NCBI RefSeq assembly: GCF_018977255.1
Contig: NW_024704743.1
Coordinates: 73,968,001 to 74,032,000 of the forward strand
Source: Callorhinchus milii
Taxonomy: Eukaryota
Direction of reading: 5' to 3'
Length of the DNA stretch: 64,000 bases
This document shows, one piece after another, positions 61,531 through 64,000 of this stretch. A program made the position numbers and the translations under genes. Positions within the stretch are counted from its first letter, which is position 1; every line of letters begins with the position of its first letter. The notes beneath the pieces are model-generated. The model did no database searches. It was not told the origin of the DNA and saw nothing but the letters and a program-made list of their open reading frames with translations.

Positions 61531-64000
61531 TGAGTGAAGAGCTACCCAGGATGAAAGCTAAGCCCTTTGCGATGCTGTACAGTGTTGCCTTCTCCCAATT
61601 CTGCAAAGACACCGATGCATTCATCAAATGCTTTGTATAAAATGTAGATCTCACAGAATGCCCATCTGGTTGACACCTGTACTTTTGTTTCCTAATTAAA
61701 TGCTTTCCGTTATTACCTCAATACATCAACCCATCATCTTCTGCCACACAGAATTACATGGACTGTACAGCACAAAAGCAGTCCATTCAGCCCAACTTGT
61801 CCGTGCCACTGTTTATATTCCAAGTGAGCCCTAATTTTTTCTTTCCCAACTGCCCTTTGTCCCCTTCTCCCTTGTTTATGTGATATCACCGTGATTGAGT
61901 GCTTGCAGCCTCAAACATTACACCCTGACATAAACTACAGACATACCAGTAAGTAAGCCTTACACAGAAACCTATTAACTAGTATTGATGTTCTGTGAGA
62001 GACTAGCCTAACAAAGGAGAACCTCCCACTTTAGATTCAAAATATCCAGTAAGATTTGTGGGGGAGGTGTGACTAGAATTTCTGTTGTTTGGATGAGATC
62101 ATTTCCATGCAATGATGCCACATGATATAGTGCTGTAGTATTCTTTATACAGAGTCAGTAAAACTCAAACTTTGGATCAGTGCCTTTATTTTAAACAAAA
62201 TGTTATTGATTTTTAGAAATGCCTGCATTCACCAGCCAGTTCTTTCCGATAGCAAATAGTAGTTAATGTTAACTTGCATTTATATAGTAACCTTTACGTA
62301 GGATAATGTTTTGGAGTATTAACAATTAATTAAACATTTGTAATTGAATTTCAAACAGATAATGAATATTAAAATTGTCCAATTTTCTCTCCAAACGTTC
62401 TCTCTCTCTCTATCTCTATCTCTCTCACACACATACACACAATGTCTGCTACATTAAATCCTTGAACTACATCTGGTGCATTTTACAAAATGTCAGCCGT
62501 ACAGTTGTGGTTGAAGTATTTCTATGCAGTGTTTCCTAGCGCACGTGCAAGTGAGGAAGGTTAGAGAGGGAAGTGAAGTGTAAATTTTTATGCATGAGTT
62601 ATCGGTTCATTGACACTGCAGCTGAGTCAAATCAGCTGCTCCTGAGGACAACTTAAGCATAATGTTGGACTTGTATGGGTGAGAGGGGTTGTGCTTCAAT
62701 AGACATACTTCATACTATAGTTCTACTCAGATTGAAAGTCTTGTTTCCTTTAATACAGATGTGCATTTTTCTTGCTTCTGAAACATCAGCCTAGCCTCTG
62801 GGTCAGAAGGTTACTGTTCATGCCTTACATTTGAGCTCACAGTCCTGGTTGACACTCCAGTGCAATGCTAGGGAAGGTCTACATTGTCAGAGGTATCATC
62901 TTTCGGAAGAAGAGAATTTTGATCAACAACCCCCCAGATAAATTGATCATTCACTACTAGCTGTGTGATGGACGTCGCTGTGTGTAAAATGACAGCCGTG
63001 TTTGCCTGTAAAACGATCACTAACCTTGACAGTAATTATCTATGAAGTGCTTAGTATTTTGATAATTGTTCGCTCCCTATACAGTTGACAACTGGATTGG
63101 AGGTTGAAGACTGGTGATTTTAGTTTTTGCTGATGTTGTGGTCAAGTATGGCAGTGAGATTTTTCCACTCTCTGAGATGAAATGCTTTGCTGTCGTAAGT
63201 CATTCCATCCAGTGGCTTGACTAAGAACTGACAAAATTCCTAATTAAGCCTGTCAGGTTTGAATGTCACACAGCCACAGCACTTAAGTCTGGAATGTGGT
63301 GTGGACACTGGGGACCATCTTGCCCTGCTACTGTGGGAGTTTGGCAAACGATAATATTGGAACCGGAGCCTTTAAAAGGTGCTGAGTGGTGTACTTGCAA
63401 CAAAACACTATTTGAAAGGTAGGTTTGAATATCTTTTAGGAAACAGAAATTATTTGAGGACTGTAAAAGTGGCCTCTTTTCCCCTGTACTCCCCCCTCCC
63501 CCCCCCCCCCCCCCCCCCACAAAAAAAAGGACATTGTGAATTCAGAATCATTTATGCTAGAAAGTGTTTGGAAATCTGACAAGGGTGCTGCCCAAAGGGC
63601 GAATACCTAATTGCACTGCCTTCCCCTTTCTCCAGCATTGTACACTATCAAGTTAAGTCACTTGCCTTTTTGCTTCCTCCAATCCCCCAGAGGTACAATG
63701 GGTCAAATTACTTGGGGGACTTCTACAACCAGGTTATTGGCACATAATTCATGGACAATTTTTAAAGCCGTTTTGTAATGTTTTACCAAAAATATGGTAC
63801 AACAACAATGTTAAAAAGCAACCCTTGGAACCATAGAATGCCCTATAATATTTGCTGTGTTCCTTCTGCTGAAAATGCATTTGAACTGTTAACCGGAAAT
63901 TAAATAAAGGTGTAACAGGTGTCTAATATGCAACATTTCTGAGTAAGAAATGTGCAATCATCACAATTCTAAAATATCACAAATGCTAAAAAATATATTT

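Noticed and set aside
24371..64000. FAM171A1 exon 2 (expected EVTLKVHISDAS-like peptide)
   Set aside because: Not found by eye or in the ORF track; probably beyond the window. TBLASTN would settle it
1..64000. CRISPR arrays or prokaryotic operon-like systems
   Set aside because: No regularly spaced repeat-spacer array or gene-dense region; the recurring ~60-bp motifs are dispersed SINE/L2 tails

Overview
Repeat-dense vertebrate genomic DNA. The repeats (abundant L2 and CR1 LINEs, Deu-domain tRNA-SINEs with L2-type tails, a Penelope-like element) point to a cartilaginous fish, possibly a holocephalan; this is inference, no search was run. One host gene is recognisable: the first coding exon of FAM171A1 (+, 24271-24370, signal peptide, phase-1 GT donor) in a GC-rich promoter/5'UTR. 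No later exon was found, so 24371-64000 is probably intron 1 and 1-23900 is upstream sequence. Nearly all other ORFs in the track are transposon debris or chance. Most notable: a Penelope-like element nested in an L2 with a 9-bp target duplication and a minimal hammerhead-ribozyme-like motif; a decayed Harbinger transposase; two uORFs before FAM171A1; a large inverted L2 pair in the intron; fold-back palindromes; and SINE/L2 tail covariation. I found no convincing evidence of a wholly new biological system. Repeat boundaries are approximate, and family assignments come from recalled motifs.
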